Assembly (NCBI GenBank): GCA_038882955.1
Contig: JAVZNC010000002.1
Coordinates: 64,001 to 128,000, forward strand
Origin: Candidatus Bathyarchaeia archaeon
GTDB lineage: Archaea; Thermoproteota; Bathyarchaeia; Bathyarchaeales; Bathycorpusculaceae
Length of the DNA: 64,000 nucleotides
Direction: 5' to 3'
The notes under the pieces are model-generated. The model was not told where the DNA came from, ran no database searches, and saw only the letters and a program-made list of their open reading frames with translations. Below are positions 48,391 through 58,537 of this stretch, in pieces (positions within the stretch are counted from its first letter, which is position 1; the number at the start of each line of letters is the position of its first letter). Position numbers and translations under genes: made by a program.

Positions 48391-48942
48391 ATGGGAGACC
48401 CGAAAAAACAGAAGAAGAAATATGCAACTCCAAGATTTCCATGGCGCGCGGACGTTCTACAAGGAGAGCTGAAACTTTTGGGGCAATACGGCTTACGAAA
48501 CAAGCATGAACTTTGGCGCCACGAGACAATGCTATCAAAATTTAGAGGCATAGCCCGTTCACTTATAGGGAAATCGCCAGAGGAACGCCGAAGGATGGAA
48601 GAAGAACTTTTAAGCCGTTTGAAAAAGCTTGGCGTGCTTGACGAAACAGCTGTTTTAGACGATGTTTTAGACTTAACCGTCGAGGATATCCTTGAAAGGA
48701 GACTCCAAACGGTTGTTTTTCGCAAGGGCTTAGCCAAAACAATACATCAGGCTCGCCAACTAATAACCCATGGACACATAGCAATAGGTGAACGCAGAGT
48801 CACCGTGCCAAGCTACATCGTGACAAGAGAAGATGAAGAAAAAATAGCCTATTGGCCGAAAAGTCCACTCGCCGACCAAAATCACCCAATTCGCCAAGCA
48901 ACAACACTAGCCACAACAAGCCAAAAACAAGAAAGCACGTAG
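48391..48942 (+). CDS. rps4: Ribosomal protein uS4
   Basis: MGDPK, YGLRNK, LERRLQT, ARQLITHGHI. Confidence 0.97.
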   Translation: MGDPKKQKKKYATPRFPWRADVLQGELKLLGQYGLRNKHELWRHETMLSKFRGIARSLIGKSPEERRRMEEELLSRLKKLGVLDETAVLDDVLDLTVEDILERRLQTVVFRKGLAKTIHQARQLITHGHIAIGERRVTVPSYIVTREDEEKIAYWPKSPLADQNHPIRQATTLATTSQKQEST

Positions 48943-48951
48943 GGATAAACC

Positions 48952-49356
48952 ATGAGCAGCGCAGGCAAAAAAACCGAAAAATGGGGTGTAGTTCACATTT
49001 ACAGCTCTTACAACAATACAATAATCCACATAACAGACATTTCAGGCGCAGAAACAATCGCGAGAACATCAGGCGGAATGTTCGTGAAGGCGGACAGACT
49101 AGAATCATCGCCCTATGCAGCCATGAGGGCAGCATCAGCCGCAGCGGAAATAGCAAAAGACAAGGGAATAACAGCCATACACATAAAAGTGAGGGCGCCA
49201 GGCGGTTCAGGACCAAGAACGCCTGGTCCAGGCGCACAAGCGGCAATAAGAGCATTGGCTAGGGCTGGTTTTCAGATTGGGCGCATCGAAGAAGTTACGC
49301 CGATTCCGCATGATGGTACTAGAAGACCTGGCGGTAGAAGGGGAAGAAGGGTTTAG
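48952..49356 (+). CDS. rps11: Ribosomal protein uS11
   Basis: [30 protein letters not shown]. Confidence 0.97.
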   Translation: MSSAGKKTEKWGVVHIYSSYNNTIIHITDISGAETIARTSGGMFVKADRLESSPYAAMRAASAAAEIAKDKGITAIHIKVRAPGGSGPRTPGPGAQAAIRALARAGFQIGRIEEVTPIPHDGTRRPGGRRGRRV

Positions 49357-49459
49357 CAGATTCTGCGGTTCTTTTATTGATAGAAAAATTGAAATAATGC
49401 TCCAGTATTCTATTGAACGGCACTGCAGTTAACGCGTATCCTTATGGAGTGTAAAATAA

Positions 49460-50284
49460 GTGAAGATAGAAGTGCTTGAGAAAAACGAAAGTAGTATGCG
49501 TCTGCTTATTCGAGGAGCAGATACTCCGTACATGAACGCCTTAAGGCGAATAGTCATATCGGAAGTTCCATGCATGGCAATAGACGAGGTTGTCATAATA
49601 GAGAATTCTTCTGTGCTTCAAGACGAAATAATAGCGCACAGGCTTGGATTGATTCCGCTGAAAACGGATTTGGATGGTTATAATTTGCCAGAAGAATGTC
49701 AGTGTAAAAGCGAGTTTGGATGCAACCTCTGCAGAGTTACGCTTACGCTTGATGTAGAAGCAAAAAACGAGGCACGAACCGTTTATTCTGGTGACTTGGT
49801 GTCAGAGAACCCCGAAATAGTTCCGGTAAGCAGCAAAATTCCAATAATAAAGCTTGCTAAAGAGCAAAAGCTAAAACTTGAGGCTTACGCGAGGCTTGGA
49901 AAAGGAAAAGCTCATGCCAAATGGCAACCAGTTTCAATGTGCACGTACAAGTACTACCCAAAAATAGAGATAAACCGCAAGGAATGCGACGCATGTGGAA
50001 AATGTGTAGAAATATGCCCAAAAAACGTTTACGTAAAGAAAAACGATGGAATAGAAGTTCAAAATTTGGTGGCTTGCACTCTGTGTATGGACTGTGTTGA
50101 AGCTTGCCCAAAAGACCCAAAGGCTTTGAATGTAAGTTGGGAGGAAGGCACGTTCATATTCAACATTGAAACGACGAATGTTTTGCCGCCTGAAAGGATA
50201 ATTTTAGAGGCTGTTAAAATTTTGGACAAGCAACTAAGCGAGTTTGAAAGCCAAATTAAGGTGGAAAAAGTTGAAGAAAGTTAG
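49460..50284 (+). CDS. rpoD: RNA polymerase subunit Rpo3 (D) with ferredoxin-like domain
   Basis: NALRR, HRLGLIPL, HAKW, two CxxCxxCxxxCP motifs. Confidence 0.96.
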   Translation: MKIEVLEKNESSMRLLIRGADTPYMNALRRIVISEVPCMAIDEVVIIENSSVLQDEIIAHRLGLIPLKTDLDGYNLPEECQCKSEFGCNLCRVTLTLDVEAKNEARTVYSGDLVSENPEIVPVSSKIPIIKLAKEQKLKLEAYARLGKGKAHAKWQPVSMCTYKYYPKIEINRKECDACGKCVEICPKNVYVKKNDGIEVQNLVACTLCMDCVEACPKDPKALNVSWEEGTFIFNIETTNVLPPERIILEAVKILDKQLSEFESQIKVEKVEES

Positions 50285-50633
50285 GACAACGAACCCCGAA
50301 TTAATTAGGCTTACTAGGTTATTGAAAAAACAAAGCAAGGAAAGCAACACTGCAGTCTGGAAGAAGATAGCTGAAATTTTGGCAAAACCCCGAAGGAAAC
50401 GCGTGGCCGTAAACCTAAGCCGCATAAACAGGTACACGCAGAAAAGCGATGTTATTGTTGTGCCCGGAAAAGTCTTGGGAAATGGGGTTATTAACCACTC
50501 AGTTACCGTTGCTGCTTTTGATTTTTCTGAAAAGGCAAAGGAAAAGATATTGGCTGCAAAGGGTAAATGCATATCAATAATTGACCTTGTAAAAAAGAAT
50601 CCGAAAGGCGCAAACGTTAAGGTTATTGGGTGA
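50271..50633 (+). CDS. rpl18e: Ribosomal protein eL18
   Basis: TTNPEL, VNLSRINR, VPGKVLG. Confidence 0.95.
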   Translation: MKKVRTTNPELIRLTRLLKKQSKESNTAVWKKIAEILAKPRRKRVAVNLSRINRYTQKSDVIVVPGKVLGNGVINHSVTVAAFDFSEKAKEKILAAKGKCISIIDLVKKNPKGANVKVIG

Positions 50634-50637
50634 AAAA

Positions 50638-51081
50638 ATGGAAGGCGCAAACAAGACAATTAGAGTGATAAACGCGGATGGACTTATTCTGGGAAGAATG
50701 GCAAGCATCATAGCCAAAAGGCTTCTACTAGGCGAAGAAATAGTAGTTGTCAATGCAGAAAGGGCTGTAATTTCCGGAAAAAGGGTGAGCAAAGTGCATG
50801 AAAAAAAGGAGTTTTTGAAGGTTGGAGGGCCTAGGGTTGGACCGTTTCATTACAAGCAGCCAGACAGAATTGTTAGAAAAACCGTTAGAGGAATGTTGCC
50901 ATACAAACAGCCTAAGGGCAAACAAGCATACAAGCGGCTTAAAGTCTTCATCGGAGTGCCAGACGAATTTAAAAGCTATAATATAGAAACCTTACCAGAA
51001 GCACAAGCAAACAAATTAACATGCCCATACCTAACTGTGGGTGACCTAGCGAAAGAAATTGGATGGAGCACAGGTGAATAG
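50638..51081 (+). CDS. rpl13: Ribosomal protein uL13
   Basis: ILGRMAS, VNAE, VRGMLP. Confidence 0.95.
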   Translation: MEGANKTIRVINADGLILGRMASIIAKRLLLGEEIVVVNAERAVISGKRVSKVHEKKEFLKVGGPRVGPFHYKQPDRIVRKTVRGMLPYKQPKGKQAYKRLKVFIGVPDEFKSYNIETLPEAQANKLTCPYLTVGDLAKEIGWSTGE

Positions 51082-51082
51082 A

Positions 51083-51493
51083 ATGCCAGCTAAGAAGGTT
51101 TTGGTTGTTAGCGGAAAAAGAAAAACGGCAGTGGCAAGAGCTGTTGTCAGACCTGGAATGGGAAGGGTTCGCATAAATAGGATACCATTAGAGATATATG
51201 AACCAAAAGTTGCCCGCGAAAAAATAATGGAACCACTAATACAGGCTGGAGACGAAATATGGAAACAGTTGGACATCGACATAAAAGTTTCGGGTGGAGG
51301 CTACATGGGGCAAGCAGAAGCCGCAAGAATGGCAATAGCGAACGCTTTGCTAAAGTGGACAAAAAGCGCGCATCTACGCACACTTTTCGTTGAATATGAT
51401 AGGACGATGATTGCAGGAGACGCGCGGAGAAAGGAACCCAAAAAGTTTGGTGGTCCAGGTGCAAGGGCGCGAGACCAAAAAAGCTACAGATAG
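51083..51493 (+). CDS. rps9: Ribosomal protein uS9
   Basis: [30 protein letters not shown]. Confidence 0.97.
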   Translation: MPAKKVLVVSGKRKTAVARAVVRPGMGRVRINRIPLEIYEPKVAREKIMEPLIQAGDEIWKQLDIDIKVSGGGYMGQAEAARMAIANALLKWTKSAHLRTLFVEYDRTMIAGDARRKEPKKFGGPGARARDQKSYR

Positions 51494-51506
51494 GGGTTGA
51501 AAATGA

Positions 51507-51737
51507 ATGATTATACCAGTTAGATGTTTTACCTGCGGCAAAGTTATAGGGGACATATGGGAAGAATTCGCAAGAAGGGTTAAAGCTGGAGAAAGCGCTG
51601 GCGAAGTTTTAGACAGTTTGGGAATAAAACGCTACTGTTGTAGGCGCATGCTTTTATCACATGTTGAAATAATTGATGAGGTATTACGCTTTTATGAAGA
51701 GGCTGAAAAGAGAAAAGAAATGAGACAATCCTATTAA
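51507..51737 (+). CDS. rpoN: RNA polymerase subunit Rpo10 (N)
   Basis: [12 protein letters not shown]...RYCCRRM. Confidence 0.97.
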   Translation: MIIPVRCFTCGKVIGDIWEEFARRVKAGESAGEVLDSLGIKRYCCRRMLLSHVEIIDEVLRFYEEAEKRKEMRQSY

Positions 51738-51749
51738 CTGTGATGACGC

Positions 51750-53012
51750 ATGTCAACAACAATTGAAGACGTAATAGCAAGAAAAGTTTTCAACAGCAGA
51801 GGAGAAGAAACCATAGAAGTCGACGTCATAACAACATCTGGCTTTGGAAGAGCCTCTGCTCCCGCTGGAAAAAGCCGTGGAAAAACTGAAGTTGCCTACT
51901 ACCCGCCAGGTGAGGTGGACGAAGCCGTAAGAAAAGTGGAGGAACTAATAGCCCCAGAACTTGTTGGGTTGAACGCCGACTTTCAAGAAGAAATTGACAA
52001 GACGCTCCACGAGATTGACGGCTCAAAGGATTTCCACGTAATCGGCGGAAACACAGCCTATGCAGTTTCACTCGCAAACGCCGAGGCAGCAGCCAACTCG
52101 CATGATGCACTTCTTTTTCAACATTTAGGCGGACAATTGGCGCATGTTCTTCCATACCCACTCGGCAATGTTATAAGCGGTGGAAAACACACCCACGGAA
52201 AGGCGCCAGAAATTCAAGAGTTTCTTGTTCTCCCTCACGGCGCAGAATCCTTCTTTGAGGCTGCATTGGCTAATGTTCAAGTTCACGAGAGAATTGGAGC
52301 AATTTTAAGCAGAAAAGACAAACTTTTTGGCGGAGGAAAAAGCGACGAGGGCGCATGGGTGGCAAACATCGGAAACGAGGAAGCTTTTGAAATACTTTCA
52401 AACGTGTGTGAAGAGGTTGGCAATGAGCTTGGTTTTGAATGTGGTTTCGGCGTTGACGTGGCAGCATCATCATTGTGGAGCGGAAAAGAAAAACGGTATG
52501 TTTACCAGAGGGAAGGCAAAAAGCGTGATTCCGGCGAACAATTGGAATTTATTCTTGAAATGATAAGGAAATATCACCTATTGTATGTTGAAGACCCCTT
52601 CGATGAAAAGGATTACAAAAGCTTTGCAGAACTCACGACAAAAGCCAAAAATTGTTTAATTTGTGGCGACGACCTATTCACCACAAACAATGAAAGGCTA
52701 AATCAAGGAATAACAATGAGGGCGGCAAACGCCATAATCATAAAGGTAAACCAAGTTGGCACGTTAACAGACGCTTTTGAAACAACAGAAACAGCGAAGA
52801 GGAATGGTTATACGCCAATAATTTCACATCGTTCAGGCGACACATGCGATTGGCACATCGCCCATTTGGCTGTTGCTTTCAGATGCCCAATAATAAAGAC
52901 GGGTGTAGTTGAGGGGGCGCGGATAGCGAAGATAAACGAGTTGATAAGAATAGAGGAGTTTCTTGGAGATAGAGCTAAAATGGCGGAAGTTCCAAACATT
53001 AAAGGAGGATAA
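51750..53012 (+). CDS. eno: Enolase
   Basis: NSRG, QEF, DEG, DVAAS, EDP, GDDL, KVNQ, SHRSG, IKTG. Confidence 0.94.
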   Translation: MSTTIEDVIARKVFNSRGEETIEVDVITTSGFGRASAPAGKSRGKTEVAYYPPGEVDEAVRKVEELIAPELVGLNADFQEEIDKTLHEIDGSKDFHVIGGNTAYAVSLANAEAAANSHDALLFQHLGGQLAHVLPYPLGNVISGGKHTHGKAPEIQEFLVLPHGAESFFEAALANVQVHERIGAILSRKDKLFGGGKSDEGAWVANIGNEEAFEILSNVCEEVGNELGFECGFGVDVAASSLWSGKEKRYVYQREGKKRDSGEQLEFILEMIRKYHLLYVEDPFDEKDYKSFAELTTKAKNCLICGDDLFTTNNERLNQGITMRAANAIIIKVNQVGTLTDAFETTETAKRNGYTPIISHRSGDTCDWHIAHLAVAFRCPIIKTGVVEGARIAKINELIRIEEFLGDRAKMAEVPNIKGG

Positions 53013-53015
53013 GAA

Positions 53016-53705
53016 TTGTCTAAAGATGATATTGAAAAGAAAAAGGAAACACTTGAAGGTGAAGCTGCAACTGCAGAAGCCCCAGCAGAAGAAGAGTTAC
53101 TCTTGCCGAGAGACACATTGCTTTCCGCGGGAATTCACATTGGAACAAGAATGAAAACAAAGGACATGGCACAATTCATATACCGCGTTAGACCAGATGG
53201 ACTATTCGTTTTAGACGTGAAGAAAACAGATGACCGCATAAGGACAGCGGCAAAATTTCTAGCAAGATTTGAACCACAAAAAATTGCAGCAGCTGCAGCA
53301 AGACTGTACGCGCAAGAACCAGCAAAGAAGTTCTGCGAAGTAACGGGGGCAACACCAGTAATTGGACGGTTCATTCCTGGGCTCCTATCAAATCCATTAT
53401 ACCCAAACAGAATCGAGCCAGACGTGATAATTGTTTCCGACCCAAGAGCTGATTCCCAAGCGGTTAAAGAGGCTGCCTTGACGGGAATACCAGTTATAGC
53501 CTTATGCAGCACAGACAACGATTTCTCAGGCGTAGACTTTGTTATTCCAACAAACAATAAGGGCAGAAGAGCATTGGCGGTTATCTACTGGCTTTTGGCA
53601 AGACAAATACTGCGTGAAAGGGGAGAACTGGCAGCAGATAAAGATTTAACGTTAACAATTGATGACTTTGAAGCGAAGATTTCAAAGGAAGAAGAGGAAG
53701 TTTAA
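53016..53705 (+). CDS. rps2: Ribosomal protein uS2
   Basis: AGIHIGT, GRFIPG, PTNNKGR. Confidence 0.96.
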   Translation: MSKDDIEKKKETLEGEAATAEAPAEEELLLPRDTLLSAGIHIGTRMKTKDMAQFIYRVRPDGLFVLDVKKTDDRIRTAAKFLARFEPQKIAAAAARLYAQEPAKKFCEVTGATPVIGRFIPGLLSNPLYPNRIEPDVIIVSDPRADSQAVKEAALTGIPVIALCSTDNDFSGVDFVIPTNNKGRRALAVIYWLLARQILRERGELAADKDLTLTIDDFEAKISKEEEEV

Positions 53706-53709
53706 AGAA

Positions 53710-54561
53710 ATGATGAAGATTCGGCGTCCAACCCAAGCTGGAGCCTTCTATGAAGGAAGCGCCGAATCACTAAAAAGGCAAATAAGAGAATGTTTTCTAA
53801 GCGAACTTGGCCCCAGAAAAGTTCCAGAAGTAAGAGCAGACGGCCCTAGAAAAGTTGTTGGTTTGGTTTGTCCCCACGCGGGTTACATGTTTTCTGGTCC
53901 GGTTGCTGCTCACGCTTATTACGAGTTGGCTTTTGATGGAAAGCCAGATGTTGCGGTTATTTTTGGGCCGAACCATACGGGTTATGGAAGCCCTTTGGCT
54001 GTTATGAATGAGGGTGCCTGGCGGACACCGCTTGGCGATTTAGAGGTTGACAGCGAAACTGCGAACCAGATTTTACATGAAGCACGCATAATTGATATTG
54101 ACGAGTCAGCCCATAAATATGAACATTCAATAGAGGTTCAGCTCCCGTTTCTCCAGTTTCTTTACGGCTCAAACATTAGGATTGTGCCAATCTGCTTCTT
54201 AATGCAAGATGTAACCTCGGCAAGCGAGATAGGCGAAGCCGTAGCAAAAGTTTTAGCTGAAAAAAACGCCGTCGTAATCGCATCTTCGGACATGACGCAT
54301 TACGAGCCGCATGAAATTGCAAAAGAAAAGGATTTATTGGCTCTAAAGGCTGTTGAGGAAATGAACGCGGAAAAGTTTTACTCGATAATCGAGGCAAAGC
54401 GCATAAGCGCTTGTGGGTATGGACCAATAATCGCTTTGATTACGGCGGCAAAGCGTATGGGCGCGAAAGAGGCAAAATTATTATGCTACAAGTCTAGTGG
54501 AGATGTTATTGGCGACTACTCAAGTGTTGTCGGGTATGCCGCCGTATGTTTCAAGAAATAG
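53710..54561 (+). CDS. MEMO1/AmmeMemoRadiSam protein B
   Basis: AGAFY, PHAGY, GPNH, EHSIEVQLPF, SSDMTHY, CGYGP, VVGY. Confidence 0.93.
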   Translation: MMKIRRPTQAGAFYEGSAESLKRQIRECFLSELGPRKVPEVRADGPRKVVGLVCPHAGYMFSGPVAAHAYYELAFDGKPDVAVIFGPNHTGYGSPLAVMNEGAWRTPLGDLEVDSETANQILHEARIIDIDESAHKYEHSIEVQLPFLQFLYGSNIRIVPICFLMQDVTSASEIGEAVAKVLAEKNAVVIASSDMTHYEPHEIAKEKDLLALKAVEEMNAEKFYSIIEAKRISACGYGPIIALITAAKRMGAKEAKLLCYKSSGDVIGDYSSVVGYAAVCFKK

Positions 54562-54570
54562 TGGTTAAGC

Positions 54571-55554
54571 ATGGGGGTAACCGCCTCAGCACCAGCCAAA
54601 ATAATACTTTTTGGAGAGCACTTCGTCGTTTATGGCGAACCAGCCATCGTCCTAGCCATAGACAAAAGAGCCTATGCAAAAGCGGAAAAACGACAAGACA
54701 AACGCTTGAACCTGCGTTCATTAAACCTAAACCTTTCTGGTTATTATGAAAACGGAAACTTCAGGGTTGAACATGGTGATGCGAAAGAAGCCCGTTTAAA
54801 GTTTGAACCAATAAAACGGGCAGTTGAAAAAGTCTTGGAAAAATGTAGCGAAAAAGTTGGACTTGACATAGAAATAAACTCGACTGTTCCAGTAGCCGCT
54901 GGTTTAGGGTCTTCAGCAGCAGTAGTAGCAGCAGTCACAGCTGCAGTAAGTGCCCTGCTAAACGTGAAAATGTCGAAGGATGAGGTTTTCCGCATAACCT
55001 ACGACGCTGAAAAGATAGTTCATGGAACACCGTCTGGAATAGACCCGGCAATATCCACATTCGGCGGAACTCTGCTCTTTCAAATGGACACTGGATTCAA
55101 GCCACTAAACGTCAAAACTGATATTCCACTTGTCATAGGCGATACCGGAGTGATAAGGTCAACACGCGTCCAAGTCGAAAAGGTTCGAGGAATCAAGGAG
55201 AAATATCCACAAGTGATAGAGCCAATCATGTTTTCAGCCCGCGAAATAGTCTTGAGAGCACTAGAAGCATTGAACGAAGGCGACTTGGAGACAATAGGTG
55301 AATTAATGAACATAAATCACGCGTTGCTCTGCAGCATAGGAGTTTCAGATGAATCGCTTGAATGGCTTATAAATGCCGCTAGGAAAGCTGGAGCCTTAGG
55401 CGCAAAGTTAACCGGTGCTGGAGGCGGCGGATGCATGATAGCCTTATCCAAAAATGAAAAGCTTGAGCAGATTATGGAGGCAATCCAAAGGGCTGGTGGC
55501 AAACCCTTCGCGGCGAGAAAAACAGATGAGGGCGTGAGAATTGAGCCAACCTAA
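54571..55554 (+). CDS. mvk: Mevalonate kinase
   Basis: PAKIILFGEH, GLGSSAA, PSGID, KLTGAGGGG. Confidence 0.95.
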   Translation: MGVTASAPAKIILFGEHFVVYGEPAIVLAIDKRAYAKAEKRQDKRLNLRSLNLNLSGYYENGNFRVEHGDAKEARLKFEPIKRAVEKVLEKCSEKVGLDIEINSTVPVAAGLGSSAAVVAAVTAAVSALLNVKMSKDEVFRITYDAEKIVHGTPSGIDPAISTFGGTLLFQMDTGFKPLNVKTDIPLVIGDTGVIRSTRVQVEKVRGIKEKYPQVIEPIMFSAREIVLRALEALNEGDLETIGELMNINHALLCSIGVSDESLEWLINAARKAGALGAKLTGAGGGGCMIALSKNEKLEQIMEAIQRAGGKPFAARKTDEGVRIEPT

Positions 55555-56341
55555 GCCAACCATTCTAAAAATTGGCGGTTCAGTAATCACAAACAAGAAT
55601 GAAGAGCTCACGCCTAAAACCCAGGAGATGAATAGGATAGCACAAGAAATAAGGAAGGCGGAAATCCAGAACCTCGTAATAGTTCATGGAGGAGGAAGCT
55701 TCGGACACCCAATAGCCCAAAAGTACGCAATAAAAGAGGGACTAAAAGAGAACAGTCAACTTTTGGGTTTCGCGGAAACACACCACATGATGACTGTTCT
55801 CAACGGGCTGTTCATGGACACGCTTATTATGCAGTCTCTCCCAGCCGTTAGCATAACGCCATCCTCATGCATAATAACCGAGAACGGAAGAATAAAATGC
55901 TTTGAAGACACCGCTATAAAAATCATGTTGAAGATGGGTTTTTTGCCAGTGCTCTATGGGGATGCAGTGCTAGACACAAAATTGGGATTTACAATACTAT
56001 CTGGCGACCAGATTGTTTCACAAGCCGCCATAAGGTTAAACGCAGGACAAATCATTATGGGTGTTGACGTTGACGGCTTGTACAATGCAGACCCAAAAAT
56101 CGAAAAAAACGCAAAAATGTTCACGAGTCTTACGCTTGAAGAGCTTAAAAAGCTTCATGGAAAACTTGGAAAATCAAATGCTTGCGATGTTACTGGCGGG
56201 ATGTTCGGCAAAATAGCAGAATTAATACCAGCTCTAGAGCAGGGAATTCCAGTGAAAATTGTGAATGCTTCAAAGCCAAATTATATTTACAAGCTTTTGA
56301 AAGGAGAAACTGTGGAAGGCACCTTCATAAAGAAGGAATAA
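55541..56341 (+). CDS. ipk: Isopentenyl phosphate kinase
   Basis: KIGGSVIT, HGGGSFGH, SGD, DVTGGM. Confidence 0.92.
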   Translation: MSQPKPTILKIGGSVITNKNEELTPKTQEMNRIAQEIRKAEIQNLVIVHGGGSFGHPIAQKYAIKEGLKENSQLLGFAETHHMMTVLNGLFMDTLIMQSLPAVSITPSSCIITENGRIKCFEDTAIKIMLKMGFLPVLYGDAVLDTKLGFTILSGDQIVSQAAIRLNAGQIIMGVDVDGLYNADPKIEKNAKMFTSLTLEELKKLHGKLGKSNACDVTGGMFGKIAELIPALEQGIPVKIVNASKPNYIYKLLKGETVEGTFIKKE

Positions 56342-56343
56342 AA

Positions 56344-57456
56344 TTGGCTAAAGAAACAATAAAAAGGAAGACAGAACACATCAAAATCTCCTTAAACATG
56401 GACACACAAGCAAAGGGAATTACAACCGGCTTTGAAGACATACATCTAATCCACAGAGCTTTGCCGCAAGTAAACAAAGAAAAAGTAAACCTAGAAACAA
56501 GAGTTTTCAACCATAAATTCGCGGCTCCAATAATTGTAGGCGCACTAACAGGCGGAACACAAGAAGCAACAAAGATTAACGCCACAATAGCCGCGGCGGT
56601 CGAAGAATTAGGTTTAGGAATGGGTGTTGGAAGCCAACGCGCAGCAATAGAAGACAAAAGATTCGAAGAAACGTTTAGAATAACGAGGAAGAAGGCGCCA
56701 ACAGCCTTCCTGATAGCGAACATTGGCGGAGTTCAACTTGTTCACGGATACGGAGTGAAAGAAGCCAAAAAAGCCATAGAAATGATTGACGCTGACGCCA
56801 TAGCCATACACCTAAACCCACTGCAAGAAGCGATACAGCCAGAAGGGCAAACAAATTTTGAAGGGGTACTAGAGAAAATACGCCAAATAGCCGATGAGTT
56901 AGATAAACCAGTAATAGCAAAGGAAACAGGCGCAGGAATATCCGCCGAGGACGCAAAAAAACTTGAGAACACAGGCGTTAAGGGCATAGACGTAAGCGGG
57001 GCAGGAGGCACAAGTTTCGCGGCTATTGAGTATTACCGCGCAAAAAAGCGACAAGGAGGTTTCCAACGAGAACTTGGACAAGTTTTCTGGGACTGGGGAA
57101 TACCAACAGCAACAAGCATAGTTGAAGTTTCACAAACAGTGAAAATTCCAGTAATTGCCTCTGGCGGAATACGCGACGGAACAGAAATCGCCAAGGCTTT
57201 AGCCCTGGGCGCAAGTCTAACAAGCCTATCACAACCAATACTTAAAGAGGCAGTTAAAGGCGTAAAAGAAACAAAGGACGCGCTATTAACGCTTATAGAA
57301 GAATTAAAGACCACAATGTTTCTTGTCGGCTCCATATCAGTACAAAATTTGACGGAAAAACCCGTTATTATAACTGGTAGAACAGCGGAATGGCTCAAGC
57401 TTAGGGGATTCAACATTGAAAGTTACGCGAGGAGAGGGATAAATGAGCGAGATTGA
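56344..57456 (+). CDS. fni: Type 2 isopentenyl-diphosphate isomerase
   Basis: RK.EH, GVGSQR, HLNPLQE, KETG, GAGGTS, WGIPT. Confidence 0.95.
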   Translation: MAKETIKRKTEHIKISLNMDTQAKGITTGFEDIHLIHRALPQVNKEKVNLETRVFNHKFAAPIIVGALTGGTQEATKINATIAAAVEELGLGMGVGSQRAAIEDKRFEETFRITRKKAPTAFLIANIGGVQLVHGYGVKEAKKAIEMIDADAIAIHLNPLQEAIQPEGQTNFEGVLEKIRQIADELDKPVIAKETGAGISAEDAKKLENTGVKGIDVSGAGGTSFAAIEYYRAKKRQGGFQRELGQVFWDWGIPTATSIVEVSQTVKIPVIASGGIRDGTEIAKALALGASLTSLSQPILKEAVKGVKETKDALLTLIEELKTTMFLVGSISVQNLTEKPVIITGRTAEWLKLRGFNIESYARRGINERD

Positions 57457-58516
57457 AAAGTTTCTTGAAGACAAAGCCGCCATGATAAATAAAGTAATTG
57501 AAAAATACATACCAAAAAAATTTTCGCATAAAAACATACTTTTCAAAGTTAACCCGCCTAGGTACGCGTACAACCTAGACGCGTTAAATAAGGCAATCGC
57601 CGAGCCAATATGGGAGTTTCTTGACAGAGGCGGGAAAAGGTGGCGTCCAGCACTTTTTCTACTTATATGTGAGGCTTTAGGAAAAAGACCAGAAGAGTTC
57701 GCTGATTTCGCCATAATCCCAGAAGTGATTCACAATGGAACACTGATAATCGATGATATAGAGGATGCTTCTGAAATGAGAAGGGGAAAACCATGCACAT
57801 ACAGGGTTTACGGTTTAGACATAGCAATAAATGCTGGAAATGCCATGTATTACCTGCCTCTTCTTTCACTAATAACGAACACAGAGAAAATCTCAAAGGA
57901 GAAATTGAGCGCGGTTTACGAGATTTACGTGAAGGAGATGATTAACCTAAGTCTCGGGCAAGCTATGGACATAGCGTGGCACAGAGGCTTAGCAAACGCT
58001 GATCAAATAGGCGAAGAAGACTATTTGCAGATGTGCGCCTACAAGACTGGAACATTGGCAAGAATGAGCGCAAAAATTGCCGCCGTATTAGCTGACGCGA
58101 GGCAAGAGTTAACGGAAAAGCTTGGACGTTTCGCAGAAAGCATAGGCGTAGCCTTTCAAATGCAAGACGACATTTTAGACTTGACTGGCGAAGAGTTTGC
58201 AGAAAAGAAAGGCGGAATGGGCCAAGACATAACCGAGGGGAAAAGAACGCTTATGGTTATTCACACTTTAAAAGTGGCAAATGCAAAAGATAGGCGTAGG
58301 CTTATTGAAATTTTAAACATGCACACAACAAACCAAAAGTTAAGGGACGAAGCCATAAAAATCATGGAAAAATACGGCTCACTAGACTACGTTAAGAATT
58401 TCGCAAGAAAAATTGTTGAAGAAAGCTGGAGAGACGTTGAAAAGCTCCTGCCAGAATCAGAAGCAAAGAAAAAGCTGAACGTCTTTGCAAAATTCTTAAT
58501 TGAAAGGAAAATCTAA
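57443..58516 (+). CDS. idsA: Geranylgeranyl diphosphate synthase
   Basis: GGKRWRP, DDIED..RRG, GQAMD, KT, FQMQDD. Confidence 0.92.
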   Translation: MSEIEKFLEDKAAMINKVIEKYIPKKFSHKNILFKVNPPRYAYNLDALNKAIAEPIWEFLDRGGKRWRPALFLLICEALGKRPEEFADFAIIPEVIHNGTLIIDDIEDASEMRRGKPCTYRVYGLDIAINAGNAMYYLPLLSLITNTEKISKEKLSAVYEIYVKEMINLSLGQAMDIAWHRGLANADQIGEEDYLQMCAYKTGTLARMSAKIAAVLADARQELTEKLGRFAESIGVAFQMQDDILDLTGEEFAEKKGGMGQDITEGKRTLMVIHTLKVANAKDRRRLIEILNMHTTNQKLRDEAIKIMEKYGSLDYVKNFARKIVEESWRDVEKLLPESEAKKKLNVFAKFLIERKI

Positions 58517-58537
58517 ACGGTAAAGAGCGTAAAAACC

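Noticed and set aside
48852-49262. 136-aa Arg/Asn-rich ORF
   Set aside because: Alternative frame over rps4/rps11.
51740-51800. TGATGA C-box-like motif before eno
   Set aside because: No suitably spaced CTGA D box; better explained as the RBS region.
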